Shown: positions 1 through 13,828, counted from the first letter of the stretch. The stretch: 64,000 nt of DNA from Octopus sinensis (GCF_006345805.1 NC_042998.1:46500001-46564000), one strand, 5' to 3'. Notes: generated from the letters alone by a model not told the origin. Translations and numbers: made by a program.

Positions 1-290
1 AAATATGTTTGAAAATTGTTTTTGTTACATGTTATTCTGAATACTTTTATTTTAATAAATGTTGCTTACTGCAAGCTGTGGATGATTCTTTTATGACTTC
101 ATTACTTTCGGGCTTAGCTTAAGGTATTTTCGGCGCGACATCACAAAATGTGTATGAATAAACATTGCTGGACAGACTCGGACATTGCTTAGAAAATATT
201 TTTCATTTTAACCTCGTACATAGTACGCACTAGGGATTTTGACCTTTAAATTTTAGGAAAAAAGTGCGGATTATACTCGAAGATTTACGG
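1..290. mobile_element. Terminal part of Tc1/mariner-pogo-type MITE, truncated by window start
   Basis: Ends ...GCGGATTATACTCGAAGATTTACGG followed by TA; reverse complement of the family copy starting at 63513. Confidence 0.7.
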
Positions 291-360
291 TAATTCTGTT
301 TTTGTGTCTTTAGTATGAAAGACAAAGTCGATCTCGGAAGTATGTTAATAATAATTATGC

Positions 361-470
361 TCTAAGTTCCAATTCCGCCTTGACAGGCTTTGCCTTTCAT
401 CCTTTCGAGGTTAATAAAATGAGTACTAGTTAAGCATTTGGGTCGATGTAATCAACTTAGCTACTCCAGT
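361..470 (+). mobile_element. Degenerate tRNA-derived SINE family A fragment
   Basis: TTTGCCTTTCATCCTTTCGAGG...GAGTAC...GGGTCGATGTAATCAACT matches intact copies such as 62479-62700. Confidence 0.55.
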
Positions 471-1140
471 GTAAGAGTATTAAAACTGATCTCCTCTGCT
501 AAGCTATGCTGAGCCAGTGTGGTAGAGTTGGCTCTTCAAACCAGTGTGATCTCGAGCTCAAATTCACGGCCTCCACAGCATACCGTGGTAGGTGGAGAAA
601 AAATACTGAGGCCTTCGCCCGGCAGAGGACTGAACATAGGATATCCAATCCGATCCAATCCAATAATAATTGTAATGATCTCCGACGTAGGTAGACGGCC
701 AAAAACTTAAAACATCACGTACTATTTTCCTGACTATTGGTCGTTAAAAATATATTAGAAGAATTAAAAACAATAACATTAGGGTGTTGGGAGGGAAAAA
801 AACCAAAATAAAAACAGGACAGTAAGAATTGCAACAAAAATAACAATAAAAATACAATAGAAACAACAGCAAGTAGAAAGCCAAAAAAAAAGGAAAACAA
901 AAAATAAAACAAACAAACAAAATTCTGCAAAACGAAAACAGCAACAAAGCGACCGACAAAAACAGCAAAAACAACAAAACCAATCCCGACAACTCTTACC
1001 CCACCACAGAAGAATCGGATTTGAATTAAATCTGGGAATGATGTGAGAAAGAGTGGGTGTGTCAATTGCAGATACAATAGCGAAAGGAATAGCTTATATC
1101 TCTTATGATGTTTTTCAAACGGTAAATCAACTTTTTACAA

Positions 1141-1146
1141 ACACAC

Positions 1147-1197
<51 letters not shown>

Positions 1198-1260
1198 ACA
1201 CACACACACACAAACACGCACACACACACACACACACACTCACACACTCACGCGCGCGCG
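1141..1260. repeat. (CA)n microsatellite
   Basis: Directly visible. Confidence 0.95.
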
Positions 1261-1678
1261 TATATATTATATATGCGTGTATATGTATTCTAATTATTAC
1301 GTTTTAAATATATTTTTTGTAGTGTTGAGTATCGTAAATCTCTTGTATTACTAAAAGAGAAAGGAAATTCCCTTTGTGGTTTTTGTATGTTTATATGTTT
1401 ATATGTATTTATTTTATTCATTCATTCATTTAGTGGAGTTTTTTCTTTTTCTTTTTTTTCTTCAAACATTTTTTTTTTAAAGAAGAGACTGGATGTCGAC
1501 ATCGTGTGAACCATCTTCATATTTTTAAGGTGTTGTGTGAATTTTTAAACTCACGCACACGCGGAGGGAGAGAAAGAGAGAGAGATTGACAGATACAAAC
1601 AGAAACTGGGGGACTGAGATAGTGAGACAGATGGAAAGAGAGGAAGAGAGATTTAAGAGCGAAGGAGAGATAGAGAGT

Positions 1679-1721
<43 letters not shown>

Positions 1722-1870
1722 ATATATATATATATATACACATACACACACATATATATATGTGGATATATATATATAGATATAGATAAATATAGATATA
1801 TATATATATAATATAAATAATATATATACATACATATATACATTCACACACACACACAGACACATATATA

Positions 1871-2698
1871 TGGATCTTTTCCTTTTGAGCGGCAGATGTC
1901 AACACAATTTCTAGTTAACTAAACACTTTTAAACTTCGTATACTGGTAGAATGTGTTTATAAAACATAATTTTTTCTTGGCTTTATTGAGAAAATTCGAT
2001 AGTTTGTAAGATATTTCGTCTGAAAATCCAAGCATTTCGGCAATTTTAACCAATCGATTACCTCCATTCAACTAAAATCATTTGCTGCGTCTAAAACTGA
2101 GACAACATCATGTAACTAACCTTAAACCTCCCCCTAACCCTAACCCTAACCCTATTTTTTTTTCTTAATTTTTAAATTAATTTAATTGTTACGCGTGTAA
2201 AAAAAAACCGAAAGCAATGGGAAATGATTTAAATAATTAACAAACAAAATAATTCTATAATTTTATACACACGCTTTCCGTAACTCACGCTTTCCGTATA
2301 CGTACGGAAAGCGTATGTATAAAATTATAGAATTATTTTGTTCGTTAATTGTTTAAATTATTTTCCATTGCTTTCGTTTTAGCCTTCCGTTTTTTTTTAC
2401 ACGCGTAACAATTAAATTAATTTAACAATTAAGAAAAAAAAATAGGGTTAGGGTAAGGTTGAGGGGTAGTGACAGGATGTTGTCTCAGTTTTAGACGCAG
2501 CAAATGATTTTAGCTCAAAAGAGAGCATAGGATTGGTTAAAATTCGAAAAATTAAACTACGTTAAACAAACAAATTACAATTTTCTCAAGAAAGCCAAGA
2601 GAAAAAATGTTTTATTTTGACACATTGTACCAGTATACGAAGTTTTAAAGTGTTTAGTTAACTAGAAATTGTCTGCCGTTCAAAAGGAAAAGATCCCA
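1871..2698. mobile_element. Foldback (fully palindromic) MITE with telomere-like repeats in both arms
   Basis: TIR TGGATCTTTTCCTTTTGAGCGGCAG...CTGCCGTTCAAAAGGAAAAGATCCCA with TA on both sides; arms complementary to a centre near 2300; CCCTAA repeats near 2132-2153 and a TTAGGG-like run near 2444-2466. Confidence 0.8.
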
Positions 2699-2881
2699 TA
2701 TATATATACATATATATCTGAAGACTCCACTAGAGTGGACGCAAGCGCTAATGATTTATAAAAACATGTGACATATTAATGAATATCTGTAAATATAAAA
2801 CCATCCAGATTTCTGAGTACCTTATTTCTTCTAATATATAATACCTGTAAATCATCGCCAAACCTTCTAATATATATATAA

Positions 2882-3047
2882 TTAAGGGTATGTAAGAGAT
2901 ACCAACATGCTAGAGATAGCAGTCAAAACTTGACTCACAACTTCATATATTCATACAGCAGAAGCTGCTGTATGAATATATGAAGTGGTTTTAGAGTCAA
3001 GATTTGATTGGTATTTCTAGCATAGTGCTATCTCTTAGATATCCTTA
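2882..3047. repeat. Imperfect palindrome with perfect 21-bp core
   Basis: CTTCATATATTCATACAGCAG-AAG-CTGCTGTATGAATATATGAAG with diverged outer arms. Confidence 0.8.
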
Positions 3048-3138
3048 AGTATAATTTTAATAATAATTAATACCTATAAGGTTTTTATTCCTATGCTGGC
3101 CACTTGATATGATCGGTATTTTAAATAACGATCTTATC

Positions 3139-3140
<2 letters not shown>

Positions 3141-3220
<80 letters not shown>

Positions 3221-3223
3221 AAT

Positions 3224-3271
<48 letters not shown>
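3141..3271. repeat. (TA)n microsatellite
   Basis: Directly visible. Confidence 0.95.
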
Positions 3272-3276
<5 letters not shown>

Positions 3277-3500
3277 ATATTTCGGAATGGTCATATTGCT
3301 AGTTTAGCCCATAAAAACACACGCACTATATATTTGGTGTTATTTTGCTTCACTGTTATTTATTTTTTACATTAATCTTAATCTTATTTCGGCCAGAGTT
3401 CTTTCGTCACACTCCTGTGACCGCATCAGTGGTCCTTTGTTTTCTTCTTTCTTATTTGTGTCTCTCCTTACTAAGCGTCAGCCATTTTGTATTTGATGGT
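3272..3500 (-). mobile_element. Probable Penelope-like element terminal fragment adjoining (TA)n
   Basis: Abuts the (TA)n array and contains a hammerhead-like motif on the minus strand (3402-3429). Family assignment from memory only. Confidence 0.35.
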
Positions 3501-4020
3501 GATGGGAAAAGATAAACTTAAGGATTTTTTGGTACATTTAAACATATGTTGTTTTTCTCACAAAGGAGCGAAGTTAAACGTTTTGGGATAGGAATGTGGG
3601 TTGTTTATATTACCCCGCATTAATTAACTGCCACTTCATCTTGTTAGATCCGGATAAGGAAAATCAAAATTTAACCTCAACAGGATTTGAACTGAAAAGA
3701 TGTTACTAAACACCGCAAAGCGTTTTGTCCGGAATCCAAAGCTATTGACGATTTTGACAATCCTCCGCACCTTCCCAAGATCAAATTAATCGACCTAAGG
3801 AAGGGCCATTACGTGGCCGCTTGACCTGTTAGAAATAGCAACTATATTTCCCTCAAAGTTCACCTTACCATTTCGTAAGAGGACTGGTTGGATACTGCAT
3901 CGTTTTCTTTTCCTACGGGCAAAGAACTGATTGATTACAGATGGTATGCCTTTGATTGAAGGCCTGCTTAGATTGATTTGCAACGCATAAGTAATGAGAG
4001 AAAGAGAGAGAGAGAGAGAG

Positions 4021-4490
4021 TAGCTCTACCGACTCTAAACTAATGCCCTCGTAATAGTAGTAGCTATTTTATCTTATTTTCCAAAAGGACGAACGAAAAG
4101 GCTACATTACAGGGACTAATTACAAGAAGTGTGAAAGATTACAAGAAAATCGAATGAACGAAGAATAACTAATAGCATACAGAGTATAGAATTATGTGAC
4201 AGCGTCTCTAGACAGGAGGGCTGTCATATGGGGGTCAATCGTGAAATCCTACAGATCCAGGATTCTAGAAAGTGCTTTCCAAAATTGTCACCCCCCTGGT
4301 CCAAAGATAGATAAAGAAAGTAGGCTCAGTCACTAGGTCTATTAATCGCTGCTACTCTCGCACACTCTTCAACAAATTGACTGGAAGGTAACATTTCCAT
4401 CTCCACTTTACCTTCTCAGCTGGAGCTTGAAAAATCGATGAGGGCTTGGTAGAAGAGAAAAATATATGTTCTACATCCCTCCAAAGAAAG
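4021..4490 (-). mobile_element. Old L1/Tx1-like LINE 3' remnant (ORF2 C-terminus plus 3' UTR)
   Basis: After small frameshift corrections the minus strand reads LIDFFKLQLRRKVEMEML..F, similar to LINFFKYHLKRKVRVERQVL of the younger Tx1 copies; bounded by GA-rich tracts. Confidence 0.5.
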
Positions 4491-4839
4491 AGAAAGTGAA
4501 AAAGAAAGTGAGAGGGGAGATAAAGAGATAGATATAAAGAGAGGTGGTGGATAAGAGAAAAAGAGATAAAGGGAGAAGGCCTGCGAGAGAGAGACTTAAG
4601 GAGAAAGGGCGAAAGAGAAACAGAGAAAGGTAGAGAGAAAAATGACGGAGATAGATAAAAAGATAGAGAGGGAGAGAGAGGAAGAGGGAAAGAGAAAAAG
4701 AGAGAGAAAAAGGGAGAAAGAAAGAGGAAGAGAAAGACAGAAAGAAAAAGAGAGGGGAAAGAGGGAGCAAGTGAGAGAGAGGGGGAGAGACAGTTAGAGA
4801 TAGAGAGAGGAAGAGGGAAAGAGAAAGAGGGAGCGAACG

Positions 4840-4876
<37 letters not shown>

Positions 4877-5110
4877 CAGAGTTTGAGAGAGAGACAGGAA
4901 CTTAGATATATAGATAGATAGACAGAGAGGGAGAGACAGAGAGAGAAGGAAGAGGGAAAGAGAAAGAGGGAGAAAGAAGGAGAAACAGAGAGGAAGGAAA
5001 AGAGGGAAAGAGAAAAAGAGTGAGAGAATGAGTGAGCGAGCGAGAGAAAGGATGAGAGAGAATGAGTGAATGAGAGAGAGAATGAGAGCGAGAGAGAGAA
5101 AAACGGAAGG
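4486..5110. repeat. Long GA-rich polypurine tract
   Basis: About 620 bp almost exclusively G/A on the + strand. Confidence 0.9.
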
Positions 5111-5499
5111 ACACAGCAAATCGGTATATTTGCTGGTCATCCATTGAATGATAAACGAACGAGAGAACTAGTTACAGAGTAATGGAATAATTGATAAAAA
5201 TCTAAATGAAAATGAAACTGCTTTGTTTTCCTGTACGATAGAAATCATGTAATAGGCAAACAACATTGATCAGTTTGCTTTCTACCTCACATTCCCTCAG
5301 TCTTATGGTTTTTTTTTGTCGTCGTTGTTGTTAAAATAACCAGACGACACGCCATCGTGTTACAGACGTCTCTTTGACTAGTCACTTTACTCCCGGTGTC
5401 ATTTTCCTTCCAGCCAAGCTTTTGTTGATGCCACAAGATGACATGTTGCTTGCATTAAACATTGCTCTGACACATTAACCGACAGTCGATGAAAATATA

Positions 5500-5822
5500 C
5501 ATATATTCGTACACTTACACGTGCACACACATATGTACCTGTATGTGTGTAAATATATATATGTGCGTGTGTGTGTGTGTATGAATGTATGTGTATGTAA
5601 ACATAAGCATGTATATATGTGTATATATCTATGTACACACACACACACACATATATATACATATATAATATATATATATACATATATATGTATATATATA
5701 TAATGTAATATATATATAATATACTATATATATATACATATATATATTACATATATATATATACATATATATATATATACATATATATGTATGTATATAT
5801 ATATGTATATATATGTATATAT

Positions 5823-5853
<31 letters not shown>

Positions 5854-5855
5854 GG
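5500..5855. repeat. Compound (TG)/(TA)/(TATG) microsatellite
   Basis: Directly visible. Confidence 0.9.
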
Positions 5856-6961
5856 ACTTACAGGTACTATATACACATACATACATGCAAGCAAACATAT
5901 CCAGACAAATAAGACAAGCGTTTCAAATACAATCAAGATAAAAAAGAAACAATGTAAAGGTAAGAAGGAATTTATCATATTCACTAATATACATAGAAAG
6001 ACGCTGTGTGTCGTTCAATGTACGATAGTGAATGACAGTAGGTATGTGTACGTATGTGTATCAGATCTACATGCATACAGGTACAAACTGCTATTTACGC
6101 CTGCCTTTCACATATTTTCGCAGTGAAACGGGCCAATGATTATCTCCAATTTCTGTACTGTAAAACGGATACGAGACAGAGAAGTGTCCTCTCTCGATGG
6201 CAAACAAATATTCCTGTCGCTGGATTATATTCAACTCCTCATTATAACAAAACGCTCATGAATCTTAGAACACATACAGACTCCTTGTGCTCACACATGC
6301 CAGATTGTGCTGAAATACAAACGCGCGCACACACACACACCACACACACCACACCGTTTAAAATTTACGGCAGCTCTTTCGGTAGAACTTTATTAATGCT
6401 TTCATAGAAGATTACACCATCACATAAAATCCACCATCACCAGGTGAAATTTTAAACAGGTAAGATTATTTATATAGAACCGGACAAATCTAATGTCAGT
6501 TGAATCAATCTAATGAATCCTTATAATTAATCATGTGAGTACATGTGTGAACGTTTGTTGAAACCGAACATTAATCTAACATTAGTTAATTGGTTAAGTG
6601 AATAACTAGTTGATTAACCTATATTAATAAAAATGAAATGCTATCTGTCCGTCTAGGACCCCTGTTCTAATAACTACTCAGCCTTGGTTTTTTTATCTCA
6701 TTACGCAAAAAATCTAACAGTCTATATTTGCTTTACATGGGCCTTTTCGAAATTAGGATGATCCCGAGATTGAAAATCTCCCCTTCATCTAGCATTCGGA
6801 TCGGATTTAAATGCATTTGGGTTGCTATTTCTAGCAGGTAAGGCTTCGTTGATTCACGCCATTGTCAAACATTGTCATAGATGGACATATAAAGCTGATA
6901 ACTTTAGAACTTTAGACTAAATAGAGTGTACAGAAAGTTCTTTTCAAAATTTTCGCAATAT

Positions 6962-6963
<2 letters not shown>

Positions 6964-7050
<87 letters not shown>
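6964..7050. repeat. (GA)n microsatellite
   Basis: Directly visible. Confidence 0.95.
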
Positions 7051-7054
<4 letters not shown>

Positions 7055-7439
7055 TACTGCTACGGTATCACCTGAGAATGTCCGGAGATTTCAGTGAAGA
7101 TGACTTTTGTTTTTCCGTACTAGAAGAGGAGGTTGCATATTATTGGTAGAGTCATCGAAAGTGAAACTTGTTTTGAGGTTTTATCTCCTGAAAGTTTGGC
7201 GGACGAGAACGTAATGTCTACACGATGAATTGCGTGACAGAATAATGTCTTATGGTCGTTCGAAGTACTGTAAGAATTATTTTTGTTTTGTTTTCAAGTT
7301 TGAATTAGGCATTTAATGCCGAAATATTAGCTATGATGGTTTACATAAACAATAAATCACATGAGTACTATAAATTGCAAAAATCTGTATTAACAGTACA
7401 TGTATTACGCATTTTATTACAAAAGTATAAATATATACG

Positions 7440-7640
7440 CATACATGCATACGTACATTCATACATACATACATACATACATACATACATACATACATAC
7501 ATACATACATACATACATTGACATATATACACACACATATATGTACACACACATAGATACACACATACATAGATACATACATACATACATATACATACAT
7601 ACATACATACATACATACATACATACATACATACATACAT
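7440..7640. repeat. (CATA)n microsatellite
   Basis: Directly visible. Confidence 0.95.
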
Positions 7641-8039
7641 TCTGTATCATCTGAGGGTTAGCCGAACTATACGTATTTGGGCTCATTGTTATGGATGAAA
7701 CGTATTGACACTCAGTCTTCACACTCTGAATTCTTAATTTTAATTGGTCGGGTAATGTTCCTATGTAATGCACACTAAAATGAGTTATACTTGAATATAT
7801 CTTCATAAACTTCCGAAGTTTAATCCTTCTTGAACCTCTGATGGCTAAATTACGTCATATCTCGAAGGTTATTCGAGATTGCCTTTGCAATCCAAGAAGA
7901 TAGCGGTAGTTAAAAAAATATCTAATGAACAAAAGAAATAACGAAGTCTTAAACATTTGTAGATTCAATCAGAAATTTCAATTATATTAGACCAGAAATG
8001 TCAATAACATCTCATAAGTATATAAATAATTTTTGATAA

Positions 8040-8155
8040 GGCGGCAAGCTGGCAGAATCGTTAGCACACCGGGCAAAATGCTTAGCGGTATTTTCGTCTG
8101 CCGTTAAGTTTTGAGTTCGAATTCCGCCGAGGTCGACTTTGCCTTTCATTCTTTA
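8040..8155 (+). mobile_element. SINE family A 5' half, directly followed by SINE B
   Basis: GGCAAGCTGGCAGAATCGTTAGC head and GAGTTCGAATTCC B-box-like motif; stops at GCCTTTCATTCTTT. Confidence 0.8.
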
Positions 8156-8553
8156 GGCGCAGGAGTGGCTGTGTGGTAAGTAGCTTGCTTACCAACCGCA
8201 TAGTTTCGGGTTCATTCCCACTGCGTGGCACCTTGGGCAAGTATCTTCTACTATAGCCTCTGGCCGACCAAAGCCTTGTGAATGGATTTGGTAGACGGAA
8301 ACTGAAAGAAGCCCGTCGTATATATGTATATATATATGTATGTGTGTGTATATGTTTGTCTGTCTGTTTAACATCGCTTGACAACCAATGGTGGCGTGTT
8401 TACGTCCCAGTAACTTAGCGGTTCGGCAAAACAGACCGAAAGAATAAGTACTAGGCTTCCAAGGAATAGTTCCTGGGGTCGATTTGCTCGACTAAAGGCG
8501 GTACTTCAGCATGGCCGCAGTCAAATGACTGAAACAAGTAAAAGAGAAAAAGA
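8156..8553 (+). mobile_element. SINE family B (tRNA head, CORE-like CCTTGGGCAAGT, internal microsatellite, LINE-like tail)
   Basis: Colinear with copies at 18350, 46451, 50581, 52948. Confidence 0.85.
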
Positions 8554-9205
8554 GATATTGGATCAGCAACACTTCCCAGATATTACGGTATAATACAGCA
8601 ATGCTGCATGATATTTAGCAACATCATGCGGTACCGTCTTATAATGTCGTCATCTGTAGGAAATACCGCACTGGGATAAATAAAGGAAATATTTCCATTC
8701 CTACCAAATCTTCCCCAAGTGCAGGCATAACAGGTCTGATATAATTGTTTGGGACAGGATGTTGGCATTTCTTTTAATAATAATGAGAAAGAAAATACTT
8801 ACGGGCAGCAATTTCGAAAACAACAGCTTCTTAACAGTAACACCAATAATTAATGGTACGTTTGGCGAACTAACAGTTATTGCTTTTGAAATTGACACAT
8901 ACATTTCCTATGTTTCTGTGGCTAACTGCGAAAGATATGGCGTTCGCAAAAATACACTCTGTAAGAGGAACAGTAAAAATATACAAGACTTTAAAAAATT
9001 CGCTATAATTTTTAATCGTTGTTGTTCTCTATAATCCATCGATGGGGCTTTTTCATTTGAAGAATTAAAAAAAAATTAAATATATATATTATATATATAT
9101 ATATATAAATTTACATCTAATATAAGATAACATTTTTTCGAAAAAAAAAAATTTTATCAATGGCCAGCATATTAAAAATTACCTTTAAAGGTTAAATTTA
9201 TAAAC

Positions 9206-9709
9206 AACTTATAAACAAGGGCAAAAGAAAAAATTTCTAATGCCGAATATGCCAAAACTAGACACATCGTCCATAACCATATAATTCATCACTATAAATT
9301 CTTTTCGAAAATTTTTATCCTATATTAGATGTAAATTTAATAGTGTTCACTTCCGGACTCTCTCACTTACAGTTCGGTTCGCACGTGTCTCGAATGGGCT
9401 GGAGAATTTCTATTTTGGATATATTTGGAGTACTTAATTGTGCTCATGAGTTAGTGTTTGTTTCTTCCATGGGTATAAGTAAGTATTTCATTTATTTCTT
9501 TGCCGCATTTATCACTGACGAAGAGAAGGTTCTTATGAATTAACTCTGAAATCAGGTCCGATATGATAATAACGGAATTTTTTTAGAAATTTCTGTCGGC
9601 TTTCTTCGAGACACGTGCTTATAGTGATGAATTATATGGTTATGGACGATGTGTCTAGTTTCGGCATATTTGGCATTAGAAATTTTTCTTTTGCCCTTGT
9701 TTATAAGTT
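9206..9709. mobile_element. MITE with ~90 bp terminal inverted repeats
   Basis: AACTTATAAACAAGGGCAAAAG...CATCACTATAA (9206-9298) is the near-perfect reverse complement of 9619-9709. Confidence 0.8.
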
Positions 9710-9798
9710 ATATATATATACGCAAGTGCACACGCATATGCATGTATAAATGTTTATCTATCTATCTATCTATCTATTTATCTAAGTGTAAATATATG

Positions 9799-9845
<47 letters not shown>

Positions 9846-10048
9846 GTATATATATATATGTATATATATATATGTGTATATATATTGTATACATACACAT
9901 GTATATGTGTGTGTGTATGAATGTATGATTGTGTACCTACATGCACGTATGCATATTATATATGTGTGTATATATATGTGTGTGTGTATACATATGTACA
10001 TATATATATATATATTTATATACGCACACATATACATATATGTATACA

Positions 10049-10099
<51 letters not shown>

Positions 10100-10628
10100 G
10101 ATGTGATGCAACTACTTCCACGTCTGATCGTTTTTCTGTAGACCAAAGATTCATGAACGATGCAGACAAACAATATTTGAAGAGATATACCGCCTCGTCG
10201 AGGTTCATGTTATACAAAGTTTGGAATCTAAGAAGGCAAACGAAAGTAGGGGAAATGACTAAGTTTTTTTTTAATTGGGTGTTGAATCAACATTCCTACA
10301 TTTGTATATATAGTATTTCAAAGGTTTTTTCTTTGTTTGTCCGGTAGTACGTGTTTTTAAAGCGGATAAATAGTTGAAGGCGGCCTTTAAATATCAATGG
10401 AAGCATATTGGTTTAGTAATCTGTGTACACATCTTTCTGTAGTCTTGTGTCATTTTTGTGTATATACTAAATGTAACCATGATTGACAGTTGATGTTATC
10501 AGTATTTGTTTCACGAATATAGATGAACTGGTCAATAACGAAATCTGCCTTTTCTTTTGCCATATATACACATACATATATGTATATATATATATTTCGA
10601 GGATTATATAAAAAGAATACAATAAACG

Positions 10629-10703
<75 letters not shown>

Positions 10704-12414
10704 AATATGTGTGTATGTACAAAGAAAAATCCAAATTGGCTTCACAGATTAGTTCGACTTAGTTACTAGTTATAGTATGCAATATCTGAAGTTCACTAAT
10801 TCATAATCCACCTAGGATTAGTAATTTTAGAAAATATACTTTGATCTAATTAACGACCTAGTCTTCTCAATTCGAAATTCAAATCAAAAGTCAGGATAGG
10901 GTCATCCTTATATAGCCGCATCAAGTTTCCGTATCTCCTCTCACATTCTCTGCACTCAAAAACTATAATAACCCACCTGATATAATGCTGAGTAAACCTA
11001 CATACACCTAGTTTGCTTCAGACCACTTTGGTGAATGGACCTTGAACAAAGTAACTGGATGCAAATACAATTGCGAGATGGCTATGTAGCAATATTTTGT
11101 TCAGATTGCTTTCAATTTTGGTGCATCGATGCAACTCTGAATTTTGATTACGATCAACCAATGATTTTATCTCGTAAATTAAAGAATCTGATGTTATTAG
11201 GAATTATATTTGTGAAATTTGGGTAATTTTAACCAATCAACAGACAGCGAGGCATTAATAGCTTGTTACCATGACAACCGCACGTTGTGTTGTGCTTCAC
11301 CCTCATGTTGTGTTGATTCTTCACACCACGAGATTTAATTCACCCGCGTGTTTTGCTTATATTTATTAATTAGAATTTTATTATAGATATTTTTCGTCAA
11401 TTGTCTTAATACTATACATATTTTCCACATATACCAAAAGTTGCTTTGTGATGTTTATACAGTTTCTTGGCATTATAACGGTGAATATAAGATACAGGTA
11501 TTCTTTTTCTTGGGACAAATTCTTTCTTGACCAGTGTTATTCGTATCGTAATTTACGAATTCAAGCATGAAAACGTTACTCAACTTTGAAGTGCATGTGC
11601 ACCTATATATTAATAATGTACACAAACATGACAGGTATACACAAATATGCAGACAAATATATTAACATAACAAATTAAAAAAAGTAAAAATATACAATGA
11701 ATGAAGAGACAAAAGAAACAGTAAGATGATACATGTTGATTTTATTAGGTATTTTTGTTTATTTGGAAACCTACAATGAAGAGGTCATTTCACAGACGCT
11801 AAACTATAAATTTCACAGGGTACAACCTTAAAGTTGACACCACTCCGCTAAACGCAGCAAATTTCTGTCTCGCTGTTGGCTAAAAGCACAGTTTTTTTCG
11901 ATTTCTAAACCTCTGTAAATTTTCCCTTCAGTTTTTTCTCCACAACACAACATCATACCTTCATAGCAATTAGACTGGAAAACTATATTATCATAGCCGA
12001 TTTTCAGATTTTTTACAGTCTCTTAAAAAATACATATTTGCGAATGAAAAACACTAGGTCCGAAACGTGCGTCGGACACATTTAAATCAAATATGCTGTA
12101 CAATTGACTTCAGAAAAAAAATGCAGATATACGAATCACTGTATTCATTGTTAATTGTCTTGGACATACACTCGGTAAAATATTCTTAATCCAGCAAAGC
12201 GAACGTAGAATTTACTCACCATCAGTAATCCCAAGTGTTCCTTGCAACTTGATGCAGCTAGTCACAAAGTGAAAAATTGCATGTAAGATATTTAGTTACA
12301 TCATCTTACGTATCTTTCATTAACACAATGTTATTATTTGGCACAAATATATATGATTCATGGAGGAGATTCAGATATTCAACGTATAGGCGGTAGTAGT
12401 GCTCAAAAGATTTG

Positions 12415-12416
12415 AT

Positions 12417-12487
<71 letters not shown>

Positions 12488-12635
12488 ATGTATATCTAAA
12501 TGTCTGTATGTATCTATGTATATACGTATTTATGTATGCATGTATATATGCATGGATGTATGCATATATATATATAGGTATATATAGGTATATATAGGTA
12601 TGAATGTGTATGTATATATATATGTATATATATGA

Positions 12636-12690
<55 letters not shown>

Positions 12691-12906
12691 ATATATATAT
12701 GTATGTATATATATATGTATGCATATATGTATGTATATATGTATGTATGTATATATGTATGTATATATATATATGTATGTATATATATATATGTATGTAT
12801 GCATATATGTATGTATATATGTATGTATGTACGTATATATGTGTATACATGTACGTATATATGTATATGTACACATATATGTATATATATAACTGTATAT
12901 ACACAT

Positions 12907-12940
<34 letters not shown>

Positions 12941-12990
12941 GTACACACACACATATATGTATATACCCCCCCACTACACACACACGCACT
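12415..12990. repeat. Compound (TA)/(TATG)/(CA) microsatellite
   Basis: Directly visible; source of several spurious ORFs. Confidence 0.9.
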
Positions 12991-13206
12991 TTCGTCTCAT
13001 TTAGTTCAGAATGGAATTATGTCAAAATGGATTGTTATTTAGTGTTTTACTGATCCTAAAATTTGAACTCTTCCATCGATTTTGGGCAAGCGCCTGTTCC
13101 AGTTGTTGACTCAATGGAACAATCCACTTATTGACGTATAGTGTTTAGTGGTTGTGTATTCGATAATCATCTACATCCTTTTCTCTGGTATGTCTGAGAA
13201 GTGTGC

Positions 13207-13259
<53 letters not shown>

Positions 13260-13828
13260 TGTGTGTGTGTATGTGTGTGTGTGTGTGTGTGCGTGCGTGC
13301 GTGTGATCCGACGCTTTGTTAAAATACAATTTCTTCAGTTTCGCAACTACACAGCTGTGCGTCCTCGAGTATGGCAATTGTATTTATGGAATGGACTTAA
13401 CTAAAGAGTTGAGGTTTTGAAATTTTCAAAGGGTGTCTACTCTGAAGCACCTTCTACATCATCATCACCACCATTACCATATCCACCGCAACCACAAACA
13501 CCTCTTACTTGCCGCCGCCACCCCCACCCCCACCATTTTCTCTATAAATGTGCATTTCCCATGATTAATATGTAATGCAGAAATTAATAACAATTTTGAA
13601 AAAAACAACAACATAGTTTATGAAAATAATTCGTAACAGGCTGAAACTAAACGTAAAATTTCATAACGACTGTTTTCAATAATATTTGTCCTTATTTTTT
13701 GCATCCAAACTTTTTAGTAGCAGATTGATTTACTTACAAGGACACGATCTCTTTACGCATGCGTACACATTTTTTTCTTTGTCTTTCGCGCTTGTCTCAC
13801 AAATACCATAAATCCCATTCCATGATTC

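Noticed and set aside
2130-2470. Interstitial telomere or chromosome fusion site
   Set aside because: Only 3-4 repeat units per arm, inside a TIR element with a second copy in the window.
12040-12080. Third hammerhead (CCGAAACGTGCGTCGG)
   Set aside because: No CUGANGA core upstream and no convincing stem II.
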